Below the pieces are notes generated by a model. The model did not search any database. It was not told where the DNA came from and saw nothing but the letters and a program-made list of their open reading frames with translations. From an uncultured archaeon (GTDB lineage: Archaea > Nanobdellota > Nanobdellia > Pacearchaeales > GW2011-AR1), in NCBI GenBank assembly GCA_902385655.1, contig CABMGO010000005.1, forward strand, positions 248,693 to 312,692: a DNA stretch of 64,000 nucleotides. The letters run 5' to 3'. Position 1 is the first letter of the stretch, and every line of letters begins with the position of its first letter. The translations under genes were made by a program, and so were the position numbers. Below, in pieces: positions 8,224 through 17,879 of the stretch.

Positions 8224-8906
8224 GCAAATATTCCCCCTCTTGGTCCGAAGAGAATTACAAAAAAGGTTATCGCAGTTAAAATAATACTCCAAAGAATAAT
8301 AGAAACATAATTCTCGGCATGCTGTCTTTTTTCATTTCTCATTTCTTTGTAAATCATATAATTTAATGCAAAGATAATAATTGCAGAGATTACAAAAACA
8401 ATAATTGACATTGGAATTAGATGATCATTCAAAAGCATAATTGAAGTCATACTTCCCATCAAACCGCCCATAAAACCAGCCATTACTCCTTCCATTACTC
8501 CCATAACTCCACAACATTTACCATTCTGATAACCGAAGAATATTCCTAAAATCATTCCCCAAACCGCACCATAAAACATTCCATTTGTAGCAGCCAAATA
8601 ATATGAAGGTAAAAATCCAGCAACCATACCGATAGTCATTCCAATCATCATTCCAGACATACAAGGCATCATTTTGTAAGCCTGAACTTGTCTAATCGCA
8701 GGTAAAATTAAAGCATAAGATAAAATAGACATAAAGATAAAAAATATTTTATTTCCAGAGTCCGCTCCTCTTAAAAATAAAAAGTAAAGTAGAAAAAAGA
8801 TAGCAAAAGAACTAACTAAAGAAAAAAGAGAAGTCTTAAGTAACTCTCCCTCTACTCTATCTCCATTCAATTCTTTGATAAAATTACTGAAACTCATATT
8901 AATCAA
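8220..8906 (-). CDS. polytopic membrane protein, methionine-rich (MMPCMSGMMIGMTIGMV)
   Basis: ORF 228 aa; within copper cluster. Confidence 0.65.
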   Translation of the reverse strand: MINMSFSNFIKELNGDRVEGELLKTSLFSLVSSFAIFFLLYFLFLRGADSGNKIFFIFMSILSYALILPAIRQVQAYKMMPCMSGMMIGMTIGMVAGFLPSYYLAATNGMFYGAVWGMILGIFFGYQNGKCCGVMGVMEGVMAGFMGGLMGSMTSIMLLNDHLIPMSIIVFVISAIIIFALNYMIYKEMRNEKRQHAENYVSIILWSIILTAITFFVILFGPRGGIFA

Positions 8907-9025
8907 ATAACCCTCCAGGAATATTTAAATTTTTCGTCGAAGAATAAGACGAATGAAACATCTTGGATGTTACTTGTGAAATAATCTTTCGCAATTTGCA
9001 TTTCAAATTTATTTAAGTTTAACAT
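8903..9025 (-). CDS. 40-aa ORF following R6 element (MLNLNKFEMQIAKDYF…)
   Basis: Internal M of listed ORF 8903..9106; overlaps neighbours. Confidence 0.3.
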   Translation of the reverse strand: MLNLNKFEMQIAKDYFTSNIQDVSFVLFFDEKFKYSWRVI

Positions 9026-9183
9026 TTTACGAATCCGTCCCCTTTCGCAAGTTTCGTCGAAGAAGAATGAAGTGACTTGCTCACTACTTTGTGAGTAATC
9101 GAACAAATGCTAACATAATTGACGCCCAGCAGGGTGATCCCTTGGGGAACGACTAAGACTGAAATGAATTTAATTGAAGTCAT
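9019..9183 (-). CDS. small ORF MTSIKFISVLVVPQGITLLGVNYVSICSITHKVVSKSLHSSSTKLAKGDGFVKC, paralogue of 3880-4014 interrupted in frame by R1
   Basis: Internal M of listed ORF 9019..9294; alignment by eye. Confidence 0.4.
   Translation of the reverse strand: MTSIKFISVLVVPQGITLLGVNYVSICSITHKVVSKSLHSSSTKLAKGDGFVKC
9023..9112 (-). repeat. R6 copy
   Basis: Near identical to 3881-3973. Confidence 0.85.
9121..9150 (+). repeat. R1 copy; antisense strand encodes (V)PQGITLLGV in a small ORF
   Basis: gacgcccagcagggtgatcccttggggaac. Confidence 0.8.
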
Positions 9184-9205
9184 TTTATTTTTCAAAGCGA
9201 ATCGC

Positions 9206-9730
9206 TCACCCTCCACAGCCACAACCTCCGCCAGAAGCACCACAGGTATGTCCTCCGGCAGGTGCAGATTGCACATAATTAGATTTAGTTCCATCAGAAT
9301 TTACAACTTCAAAAGTTCCTTTGTACATATTCATAGAACAAGCAATGTAAAATGTTCCCGCTTTATTCGGAGTAAATTCCACATAATCGCTAAAACTTGA
9401 GAAAGTCTTTCTAACACCAAAGTCAGAGATACTTATCGACTTGGAACAACCAGGCATATTAGCCATATCAGCAACGAATCTTACGGGCACACCGACCTTA
9501 AGAACAGCCGGCTCCATTATATACTGAGATCCCTCAACATGTATTTTTACAACTTGCACATTTCCTTGAGGAGTATTTGAACTAGGGGTATAAACAACAT
9601 TACCACTAGCACCTACATTATTATATAATAAGAACAATGAAGCAAGTAATATTACTGCAACTATCCCAGCTACAGCAAAAATATTGCTTAGTCCTTTTTT
9701 GTTCATAATTGAACTTAATTTGTTTGTCAT
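9206..9730 (-). CDS. cupredoxin-like protein with Cys-rich C-terminus (HTCGASGGGCGCGG)
   Basis: MPGCSKSISISDFG…DYVEFTPNKAGTFYIACSMNMYKGTFEV. Confidence 0.7.
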   Translation of the reverse strand: MTNKLSSIMNKKGLSNIFAVAGIVAVILLASLFLLYNNVGASGNVVYTPSSNTPQGNVQVVKIHVEGSQYIMEPAVLKVGVPVRFVADMANMPGCSKSISISDFGVRKTFSSFSDYVEFTPNKAGTFYIACSMNMYKGTFEVVNSDGTKSNYVQSAPAGGHTCGASGGGCGCGG

Positions 9731-9942
9731 GAAGTTTTCAGAAATTTAAACTATATAACTTCTTTTGTGAAACTAGTTTCAGGCTGAATAAAACAATGAA
9801 ATTGTTGCTTTCACGAGGGAAATGAGTGAATGTTCGAACTTTCGTTGAAAACGAATGGAATGGCTTGCCCAGTTCTTGCCCAATGCTTTCAAAGAATAAA
9901 AAATTAAAAATCCATAGACAAGAAATTATCTAAACCGAAAAG

Positions 9943-10422
9943 TTATTTCAAGGCAACAATATTATTCATCCCTCTTCTCTTTCTTTCAACCAAACCTCTT
10001 CCCTCTAATCGATCAATTATTCTTGTTACTTTCGCTTTTCCAAATCCAAGCTTATCAATCAAATCTGCCTGAAACATTGCATTTTCTTTTTTAACTAATT
10101 CGAATACTTGCTTTTCTTCTTTATTCAACCCAGTTAAATCATACACTTTCTGCTTTTGTTTCTCCTTAATCTTTTTGATCACAACTTCTTTATTTTCCTT
10201 AGAGAAAATAAGAAACAAAGCAACCAGAACTAACAAAATGATTAACGCAATAGAAAAATAAATCTGGCTACTCAGAGCAGCTGAAGACGGGCAAAAGGTA
10301 TTTTCTTGTACAAGAGGACAAGTAGAGTCTAACTCATGAGCAGTATTGCTAAATATAACTAAGATTATTCCAACTACAACTGCAATCCCTAAAAGAAGAT
10401 AACCAACATTTCTGTTTCGCAT
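9943..10422 (-). CDS. membrane-anchored winged-helix (MarR-like) regulator
   Basis: TM segments + LNKEEKQVFELVKKENAMFQADLIDKLGFGKAKVTRIIDRLEGRGLVERKRRG. Confidence 0.7.
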   Translation of the reverse strand: MRNRNVGYLLLGIAVVVGIILVIFSNTAHELDSTCPLVQENTFCPSSAALSSQIYFSIALIILLVLVALFLIFSKENKEVVIKKIKEKQKQKVYDLTGLNKEEKQVFELVKKENAMFQADLIDKLGFGKAKVTRIIDRLEGRGLVERKRRGMNNIVALK

Positions 10423-10501
10423 ATTTTTATCAAGTAAAAGAGATTTAAAAACGCTATGAATTATATTTTCTTTCCTCTCACGAGTGAAATGAGTGAATGA
10501 A

Positions 10502-12721
10502 TCAAATTTTTGATGCTTTCATTAGCAAAGTATTTGTAACAACACTAACCGAAGATAAAGCCATCGCGCCTCCGGCAATAATGGGATTCAAAAGTCCCAT
10601 TGCTGCAATAGGTATTCCCACAACATTATAAATCAAAGCCCAAAACATATTTTGCCTTATCTTGTTCATAGTTATTTTACTTAACCTTATTGCACGAGGA
10701 ACATCTAACAAATCATTTCTCATTAAAACAATATTTCCAGTTTCCATCGCAACATCAGTTCCAGAACCCATAGCAATCCCGATATCTGCTTGAGCCAGAG
10801 CTGGAGAATCATTTATTCCATCCCCGACCATTGCAACTTTGCCCTTCGATTGTAATTGTTTAACATGCCGAGCCTTATCTTGGGGAAGAACCTCTGCAAA
10901 AATGTTATCTATCCCTGCCTGAGAAGCAATCGCTTTAGCAGTTCTCTCATTGTCCCCAGTAATCATGTAAACTTGTAACCCGAGTTTCCTTAAATTCTTA
11001 ACCGCTTCAGGAGAGGATTCCTTAATTGGATCAGCAACAGCAATTACTCCTAAAACTTTTTTAGAACTCTCTGCCAAAAACATAACGGTTTTTCCCTGAC
11101 TCTCTAATCTCGAAACCTCAGATACATAATTCACAAAGTTTAGTTTATAATCTTTCATGAGCTTTGCATTTCCGAGATAATAAGTTTTACCAGAAATTTT
11201 CGAAGTCACACCATGACCAGGTATAGCTTTGAATCCCGAAATTTTCGCCAAAATAATTTTTTGATCCTGAGATTTTTTTACAATTGCCTCAGCTAAGGGA
11301 TGTTCTGAACTCTTTTCAATCGACGCAGCAATTCTCAAAATTTCTTTTTCAGAATATTTCGAAAAACTTTTTATTTCAGTAACCTCCGGAGCGCCTTTAG
11401 TAATAGTTCCAGTCTTATCAAAAATTATATACTTTAATTTATGAGCAGTCTCTAAGGCATCTCCGCCTTTAATTAATATCCCTTTTTGAGCTCCCTTTCC
11501 AGTTCCAACCATAATTGCCGTTGGAGTAGCTAAACCTAAAGCACAAGGACAAGCAATAACCAAAACAGCCACAGCTGAAATTATCGCACTAGCTAATCCA
11601 GAAGAAAAATAAAAATACTTAATCAAAAAAGTTCCAATTGCAATTAGTATAACTGTTGGAACAAAATAAGCAGAAATTCTGTCAGCAAACCTTTGTATTG
11701 GAGCTTTCTTTCCTTGGGCATCCTCAATTAATTTAATAATTCCAGCAAGAGTAGTATTTACTCCAACTTTCGTAGCTTTAAACTTAAAAGAGCCATGTTT
11801 GTTTATTGTTCCTCCATAAACCAAATCATTTTTATTTTTTTCAACCGGCAAACTCTCTCCAGTGATCATACTTTCATCAACTGAAGAGTTTCCCTCAACT
11901 AAAATACCATCGACCGCAATTTTCTCTCCAGGTTTAACGATTAGTATATCTCCAACAATAACACTGTCTACTGGAATTTTTATCTCCTGTTTGTTCCTGA
12001 TAACCGTCGCAGTTTTAGGAGATAATCCAACTAATTTTTTTATAGCCTCGCTAGTTTTACCCTTTGCAACTGCCTCGAGATATCTTCCCAATAATACAAA
12101 AGTAATAAGGATAGCTGCCGCTTCAAAATACTGATCTCCACCAGAACCAAAGAAAACAACATAAACGCTATAAAAATAAGCCGCACTAGTTCCAATAGCT
12201 ATTAAAGTATCCATATTAGATGAAAAATTCTTCAAACTGGCAAAAGCACTTTTGTATATTCCCCGTCCAACAAAAAATTGAACCGGCGTAGCTAATGCAA
12301 ACAAGATATAATCTTTATACGGAACATCTATTCCAATCCACATTAACAACATACCGAGAATAAAAGCAGGAATTGCAAAAAACGAACTAATTATTAATAA
12401 TCGTCTTTGCTTTTTCAAACCTTCATCAACTTTCATCTTGTTATAATCTTCATCGGAATAATCATCATGATGATCCCCATGGGAATGTACAGAATGAGGC
12501 ATCACAGGACTATGAACTTCTGCTCGGTAACCTAATCCCTTAATAGTATTTATTATTTCATTCTGATTAATTTTATTTTCATCATATTCTACTGTCGCTT
12601 TTTCAGTCATAAGATTTACATTAGAATATTTTACTCCAGAAACTTTCTCAAGTTTTTTACTTATTAGGCTAGCACAAGAAGCACAGTGCATTCCAGAAAC
12701 TTGTAAATCTAACTTTTTCAA
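10502..12721 (-). CDS. copA: heavy-metal (Cu+) P-type ATPase
   Basis: [39 protein letters not shown]. Confidence 0.95.
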   Translation of the reverse strand: MKKLDLQVSGMHCASCASLISKKLEKVSGVKYSNVNLMTEKATVEYDENKINQNEIINTIKGLGYRAEVHSPVMPHSVHSHGDHHDDYSDEDYNKMKVDEGLKKQRRLLIISSFFAIPAFILGMLLMWIGIDVPYKDYILFALATPVQFFVGRGIYKSAFASLKNFSSNMDTLIAIGTSAAYFYSVYVVFFGSGGDQYFEAAAILITFVLLGRYLEAVAKGKTSEAIKKLVGLSPKTATVIRNKQEIKIPVDSVIVGDILIVKPGEKIAVDGILVEGNSSVDESMITGESLPVEKNKNDLVYGGTINKHGSFKFKATKVGVNTTLAGIIKLIEDAQGKKAPIQRFADRISAYFVPTVILIAIGTFLIKYFYFSSGLASAIISAVAVLVIACPCALGLATPTAIMVGTGKGAQKGILIKGGDALETAHKLKYIIFDKTGTITKGAPEVTEIKSFSKYSEKEILRIAASIEKSSEHPLAEAIVKKSQDQKIILAKISGFKAIPGHGVTSKISGKTYYLGNAKLMKDYKLNFVNYVSEVSRLESQGKTVMFLAESSKKVLGVIAVADPIKESSPEAVKNLRKLGLQVYMITGDNERTAKAIASQAGIDNIFAEVLPQDKARHVKQLQSKGKVAMVGDGINDSPALAQADIGIAMGSGTDVAMETGNIVLMRNDLLDVPRAIRLSKITMNKIRQNMFWALIYNVVGIPIAAMGLLNPIIAGGAMALSSVSVVTNTLLMKASKI

Positions 12722-12918
12722 AGTATTTTGTACCCTCCCTTTTCAATTATTTCTTTAATTTTTTTCTCACTAACTTTCTTTTCGTCAAATTCAATTTCCG
12801 CAATACCCCGAACATGACTAACCTTCGCACTCTTAACCAAATCGGCAAGATTCATTTCAATTATCTGGGAACAACTGGCGCAATGCATTCCAGAAATATT
12901 CAAAACAATCTTTTTCAC
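12718..12918 (-). CDS. heavy-metal-associated domain protein (copper chaperone-like)
   Basis: [12 protein letters not shown]. Confidence 0.85.
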   Translation of the reverse strand: MKKIVLNISGMHCASCSQIIEMNLADLVKSAKVSHVRGIAEIEFDEKKVSEKKIKEIIEKGGYKIL

Positions 12919-13280
12919 TTTTCTTCTCCTTTTATTTTTCTTAAAATATGAACGCAGTTCCCAGCCATATGCTCATCAATCAGATTCATCATAGGAAGAA
13001 TAGTTTTTTCATTTAATTTATAATATCTAAACTTGCCAACCACTTCAGAAGAAACAAAACCACAGCCCCTTAACCTTGCAAGATCATGAGAAACATGAGT
13101 TTGGTCCATACCAACTTCTTTAGCAATTTGAGTCACATTCTTCTTCCCTGCCCTTAAAAAATTAATTATTTTAATTCTAGAGTCAGAAACCAAAGTACCA
13201 AAGAAAATCTTGTAAGCTCCATAAGCTTCACTTTCCTTGAATCCTTCTGCACAACAGCTTTGAATGACTTTCTTGTTCAT
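12915..13280 (-). CDS. ArsR-family regulator
   Basis: HTH VTQIAKEVGMDQTHVSHDLARLRGCGFV. Confidence 0.8.
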   Translation of the reverse strand: MNKKVIQSCCAEGFKESEAYGAYKIFFGTLVSDSRIKIINFLRAGKKNVTQIAKEVGMDQTHVSHDLARLRGCGFVSSEVVGKFRYYKLNEKTILPMMNLIDEHMAGNCVHILRKIKGEEK

Positions 13281-13332
13281 GTGAACATCAAATACATATA
13301 TTATTTAAATATTCCTTCTTTTCATATGAAAA
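13275..13332 (-). promoter_or_regulatory. two palindromes gttcatgtgaac and ttttcatatgaaaa at the 5' end of the ArsR-led cluster; possible operator
   Basis: Sequence at 13275-13286 and 13319-13332. Confidence 0.45.
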
Positions 13333-13342
13333 TCAAGAATGC

Positions 13343-14152
13343 TCACTTAAATTGAGACTCATAAAAATTCTGACGCATTAACTCCCTATTAACTGACTCT
13401 TTCTTAAAATCCTTACCAAATAGTTTAGAGAGAAAACCTCTTTGCTCCCTTATACCTGCAAGGGAACCAGCAAATCTTTTTATTTCCTTAGAAATCTCAT
13501 TCATGCTATCATAAACACTAATAGGCACCTTCTGATGATAAGACTCAATTAATTTCTTGTTATCCTTAATTCTAGCCAAAACAGGTAATTCAAACGACTT
13601 CTCAATTTCCTCCAAATCCAACTCATAACGAGGATGTCGAACTTTATTTATTATGACGCCTTCAATAGGAACATTATTTTTTTTTGCAAGACTTGCAGCT
13701 TTCATTGAAGTATTCAAAGTTACATCATCGGGAGTAGTTACCACAAAAATTTTATCTGCAGCAGCAATAGCCGGAAGCATTTCAGAATGATGGGGAGATG
13801 AATCAATGATAATAAAGTCATAACGATGCTTATGCTTCTCAAGAATTTTTTTTAGCTTATAAGGATCCACAGTACTTTGAAAATTAAGTGAAGCAGGAAC
13901 TACATCCATACCATAAATTTCATAAATAGCAGCATGAAGTCCATTGTCTCCATTCAGAGCATTGTGTAAGGTAGAGTCATGTTTTAGATCAAGATAAAGA
14001 TGAATATTTGGAGCAGAAAAATTTCCATCAACAAGCAAAACCTTTTTCCCAAAATCATTAGCCAAAACAGAAGCGGTTTCTAAAGCAATAGTAGTCTTAC
14101 CTACGCCTCCCTTCAAAGATATAAAACTTAAAGTAACACCCATTTTTATCAC
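13343..14152 (-). CDS. ParA/MinD-family ATPase
   Basis: SLKGGVGKTTIALETASVLA, deviant Walker A. Confidence 0.9.
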   Translation of the reverse strand: MIKMGVTLSFISLKGGVGKTTIALETASVLANDFGKKVLLVDGNFSAPNIHLYLDLKHDSTLHNALNGDNGLHAAIYEIYGMDVVPASLNFQSTVDPYKLKKILEKHKHRYDFIIIDSSPHHSEMLPAIAAADKIFVVTTPDDVTLNTSMKAASLAKKNNVPIEGVIINKVRHPRYELDLEEIEKSFELPVLARIKDNKKLIESYHQKVPISVYDSMNEISKEIKRFAGSLAGIREQRGFLSKLFGKDFKKESVNRELMRQNFYESQFK

Positions 14153-14195
14153 CCTAAAATAATAAAGATAAAGGATTATTTAAACGTTATGAGAA

Positions 14196-15653
14196 TTATT
14201 TCAAATCACTAAACTTCTTATCTCCAGAAATAAGTTCTCTCATTAAATTTCGTAATTCTGAAATCTTAACTCGAACCTGTTTTGTAGTATCTCTGTCTCG
14301 GATAGTTATGTCATTTCCTTTTGCCGATTCTTCATCAATAGTAATACAAAAAGGAGTTCCAACTTCATCATTTCTAGCATATCTTTTTCCGACGCTACCA
14401 GAGGTATCATAAGAAACATAAAACTCTTTTCTAAGTTCTTTGTAAATACCTTCAGCAATTTTAACTTGAGTCTCGTCATTCTTTACTAAGGGAAAAATAG
14501 CAGCTTTCAAAGGAGCAATTTTTGGATTCAACTTCAAAACAACATTTTGTCTTTTTTCATCAAAATGATAAGCCTTAGTTAATACAGCTAAAAATGCTCT
14601 TTCCATTCCAAAAGTAGGTTCAATAACTTTAGCAACAACTTTGTTTTTATATTTCTCATCAAAAACATCCATCTTCTGACTACTTGCATCTGCATGCTGA
14701 GTCAAATCATATTGTCCTCTATTCGCAATTCCGCCAAGTTCCTTACTTCCAAATGGAAATTCATAATCAATGTCAAACGTTGCAGAAGAATAGTGAGAAA
14801 GTTCGTCCTTTTTGTGTTCCCGAATTTTTATTTCTTCTAATCCCAAACTTTGATACCACATAACTTGCTCAGCCAACCAATAAGCATGCCATTCCTCTAA
14901 CCTTCCTTCTTTTAACATCTTGCCAATCGTTGTTTCTTTCAAATCACTCTTATCCTTCGACTGAGTTTCAGCATCAAGCAATCTAATCTTCAAATCCAAA
15001 TGTTTCTTTTCCAAAAGATCACATTTCTTTTCTTCGGGATTTATAAAAAATTCGAACTCGGCAATGTTAAATTCTCTACTTCTAAATAAAAAGTCTCTAG
15101 GAGCAATTTCATTTCTAAAACATCTCCCAATTTGAGCAATCCCAAAAGGTAACTGTTTTCTCGCGGTTTGCTGTACCAACTTATAATCTAAAAACATTCC
15201 CTGTGCAGTTTCTCCTCGCAAATATGCATCCGTAGAGTCCAATGCGCCAACTCTTGTTTTAAACATTAAACTAAACTCTCCTTTTACATCAAACTCTCCG
15301 CCACAATCGCATTTGACCTTTCCAACCTCACTCTTGTCTATCTTTGTAGCTTTCTTACATTTCTTGCAAACCACTGCAACATCTGAAAAATTCGCAACAT
15401 GTCCCGAAGCAATCCAAGTTTTCGGATGAGAAATAATCGAAGCCTCAATACCAGTCATATTTTCTTTCTGATGAATAAAATTATTCCACCAATCTTGTTT
15501 GATATTACTGAATAATTCTACACCCAAAGGACCAAAATCCCAAAAACCAGAAAATCCTCCATAAATATCACTAGATCTATAGACAAAACCGACACTTTTG
15601 CAAAAATTTGCAAGTTCTTCAATACTAATCTTTTTTTCAACTTCTTTAACCAT
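14196..15653 (-). CDS. glyS: glycyl-tRNA synthetase
   Basis: GFVYRSSDIYGGFSGFWDFGPLGVEL; FRNEIAPRDFLFRSREF. Confidence 0.95.
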   Translation of the reverse strand: MVKEVEKKISIEELANFCKSVGFVYRSSDIYGGFSGFWDFGPLGVELFSNIKQDWWNNFIHQKENMTGIEASIISHPKTWIASGHVANFSDVAVVCKKCKKATKIDKSEVGKVKCDCGGEFDVKGEFSLMFKTRVGALDSTDAYLRGETAQGMFLDYKLVQQTARKQLPFGIAQIGRCFRNEIAPRDFLFRSREFNIAEFEFFINPEEKKCDLLEKKHLDLKIRLLDAETQSKDKSDLKETTIGKMLKEGRLEEWHAYWLAEQVMWYQSLGLEEIKIREHKKDELSHYSSATFDIDYEFPFGSKELGGIANRGQYDLTQHADASSQKMDVFDEKYKNKVVAKVIEPTFGMERAFLAVLTKAYHFDEKRQNVVLKLNPKIAPLKAAIFPLVKNDETQVKIAEGIYKELRKEFYVSYDTSGSVGKRYARNDEVGTPFCITIDEESAKGNDITIRDRDTTKQVRVKISELRNLMRELISGDKKFSDLK

Positions 15654-15745
15654 ACAAAGCCTACAAATTTACTCTATTTAAAGATTTATTTTCAGGAACT
15701 ACACAAAATCATAAAATATAAAAACCAAAATAACGAAGAAAACAA

Positions 15746-16321
15746 ATGAAAAAGAAGTTAGTAAGTATTCTTGCATCAGCACTAATTTCTACACAAATTA
15801 CCCTTGGAGAAGAACAAAGCTTTATCAAGTCTAAAGGAACAAATTATGAAACAATAAACACAATAGTGTATATTCCGGGAATTTCACCAGTAACGGGCTG
15901 GAAAGTCACCTACGAAAGAATGTCCGAATTTGGATTCACCAACATAGAAAATAGAACAAAAGTTAATTTCGATTTAGACAGACGATTCCTAGGTCATGGC
16001 GGGGACCTAACAATCCCTCTGAAAGGATCAGTAGTTTATGTAATGACCTCGGGAGAAACACCTAAAGCAGTAATAGAACAAAGATATTTAAAAAACTTTG
16101 AAAAAACAGAAGATCCTAAAGAAAAAGAATTTATAGAAAAAAGACTTACAGAAAAAAAGCACACACTAGAAGGGTTAAATGAATTATTCTCCATGCCTCT
16201 TGAAAAGCTGTGTTCTGGCAATACGCGAGGAGAATTTGAACTTGTCGTCCCAAGACCAAGCGTAATAGAAATACGTCTTGGTGATGAAAAAGGTATAAGG
16301 TATCTAATCCACCAAAAGTAA
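15746..16321 (+). CDS. exported hypothetical protein
   Basis: Signal-like N-terminus. Confidence 0.6.
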   Translation: MKKKLVSILASALISTQITLGEEQSFIKSKGTNYETINTIVYIPGISPVTGWKVTYERMSEFGFTNIENRTKVNFDLDRRFLGHGGDLTIPLKGSVVYVMTSGETPKAVIEQRYLKNFEKTEDPKEKEFIEKRLTEKKHTLEGLNELFSMPLEKLCSGNTRGEFELVVPRPSVIEIRLGDEKGIRYLIHQK

Positions 16322-16358
16322 GTTTAAACTTTGTCAAAAAAGATTAGAGGGTAAAGAA

Positions 16359-16554
16359 CAGGCGGCGAGCAAAACGCTTAGAGCAAAACAAAATTCTCCC
16401 CAATAATATTTTTGCGAGATGCATTTTGCGAATAAGGAATTGCACAATTCCTGCAGAAGAAGCAGGCGGAAAAAATTTCGCTTTGAGCAAAATTTCAATA
16501 TTTTTGTAACCCTCTATTTTTTGTGAGATGCAAAATTTTTTGAGGGAATTGCAC
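16359..16554. repeat. two R5 copies (16366-16435, 16469-16544) alternating with split tRNA-Cys 3' fragments
   Basis: caggcgg|CGAGCAAAACGC…GATGCATTTTGCG|…ggaattgcac; gcaggcgg|AAAAAATTTCGCTTTGAG…GAGATGCAAAATTTTTTGAG|ggaattgcac. Confidence 0.85.
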
Positions 16555-16576
16555 AGCAATTCATGCCGAAATAAAA

Positions 16577-16648
16577 AGCAGGCGGCAGGAATTGCACCTG
16601 CGCGTGAGAGGGTTGCAGCCTCTTGCCTTACTGCTTGGCTACGCCTGC
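16577..16648 (-). tRNA. tRNA-Cys(GCA)
   Basis: GCAGGCG…AGAGG CTGCAAC CCTCT…CGCCTGC, U73. Confidence 0.85.
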
Positions 16649-16700
16649 ATGAAATTAAACTGCTAGCAGAAATAATAAACCCTACTTCTGCAACAGTAAG

Positions 16701-16775
16701 CGCCCACGACAGGATTTGAACCTGCGACCCCTAACTTAGAAGGCTAGTGCTCTATCCAGGCTGAGCTACGCGGGC
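16701..16775 (-). tRNA. tRNA-Arg(TCT)
   Basis: GCCCGCG TA GCTCAGCCTGGATAGAGC…CTAGC CTTCTAA GTTAG…GCAGG TTCAAAT CCTGT. Confidence 0.85.
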
Positions 16776-16776
16776 A

Positions 16777-16850
16777 AAAAAATTTCGCTTTTGCTTCAAT
16801 CATGCGAAGCAACCATAGTTTTTCAACCTTTACAAAAGCGAAATTTTTTT
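16777..16850. repeat. 18-bp near-perfect inverted repeat (AAAAAAATTTCGCTTTTG…CAAAAGCGAAATTTTTTT) upstream of tRNA-Arg(TCT)
   Basis: Seen directly; sequence related to R5 left arm. Confidence 0.7.
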
Positions 16851-16931
16851 CGATAAAATAACAACGCAAAAAACGCTATTTAAAACTTGCTACTCCAACA
16901 ATTTATAAACTATATAGTCAAGTATACAATT

Positions 16932-17840
16932 ATGGCAGAACAAATCAAAATAAATTTTCTAGGAACAGGAAGTGCAGTTCCGACAGCGAGAAGAAACCAT
17001 CCAGCCGTGCTTCTAACATACAAAGATGAAAATATATTATTTGACTGCGGAGAAGGAACCCAAAAACAATTCAGACTTGCACAATTAAACCCTTGCAAGC
17101 TAACTCGAATTTTTATAACTCATTGGCACGGAGACCACATCTTTGGACTTCCAGGAATACTGCAAACTTTAATGATGAACAATTACTCAGGCACATTAAA
17201 AATATACGGACCAAAAGGAACAAATCATTTCATGGATATTTACAAAAGAATGTATTTATCAAAAGCAGATGCAATCAAGATAGAAACTAAAGAACTTTCA
17301 GGAAAGGAGACTATTGAAGAAAAGGAGTTCAAGATAGAATGCGCAGAAATGACCCACGATGCTCCTTGTTTAGCTTATTCGTTTACTATAAAAGAAAAGA
17401 ATAGATTAGACAAGAAAAAACTTTCAAAATTAAAACTTCCGGGAAATTCTCCCCTGATTGGAGAATTAGTAAAAGGAAAGACAATAGAATTTGAAGGTAA
17501 GAAAATCGATGGAAAAAAATTAGTTTATTCAGAACCGCAGAGAAAAATAGTTTATGCTACTGACACAAAACTAAATGATAACCTAATAAAAATTGCAGAA
17601 AAATCAAATATCTTAATCTCTGAAGCAACATATTCTGGAGAAGAGGAAGAACTTGCAAACGAATACCTGCACATGACTTGTGTGCAAGCAGCAAATATTG
17701 CAAAAAAAGCAAAATGTGAACAACTATACTTGATTCACCTTTCACAAAGATACGACAATCCAAAATATATTCTTGAAGAAGCAAAAAAAGTTTTCAAGAA
17801 TACAAAAGTTCCTGAAGATTTAGACAGCCTAAAATTATAA
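16932..17840 (+). CDS. rnz: ribonuclease Z
   Basis: FLGTGSAVPTARRNHPAVLL, HWHGDHIFGLPG. Confidence 0.93.
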   Translation: MAEQIKINFLGTGSAVPTARRNHPAVLLTYKDENILFDCGEGTQKQFRLAQLNPCKLTRIFITHWHGDHIFGLPGILQTLMMNNYSGTLKIYGPKGTNHFMDIYKRMYLSKADAIKIETKELSGKETIEEKEFKIECAEMTHDAPCLAYSFTIKEKNRLDKKKLSKLKLPGNSPLIGELVKGKTIEFEGKKIDGKKLVYSEPQRKIVYATDTKLNDNLIKIAEKSNILISEATYSGEEEELANEYLHMTCVQAANIAKKAKCEQLYLIHLSQRYDNPKYILEEAKKVFKNTKVPEDLDSLKL

Positions 17841-17879
17841 TCAAGAAACATTTATTAAATTGAAAGAGTAATAAAAAAT

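Noticed and set aside
9119-9400. Plus-strand ORF 9119..9400
   Set aside because: Antisense to the cupredoxin-like gene and starts within the R1 repeat; no recognisable domain.
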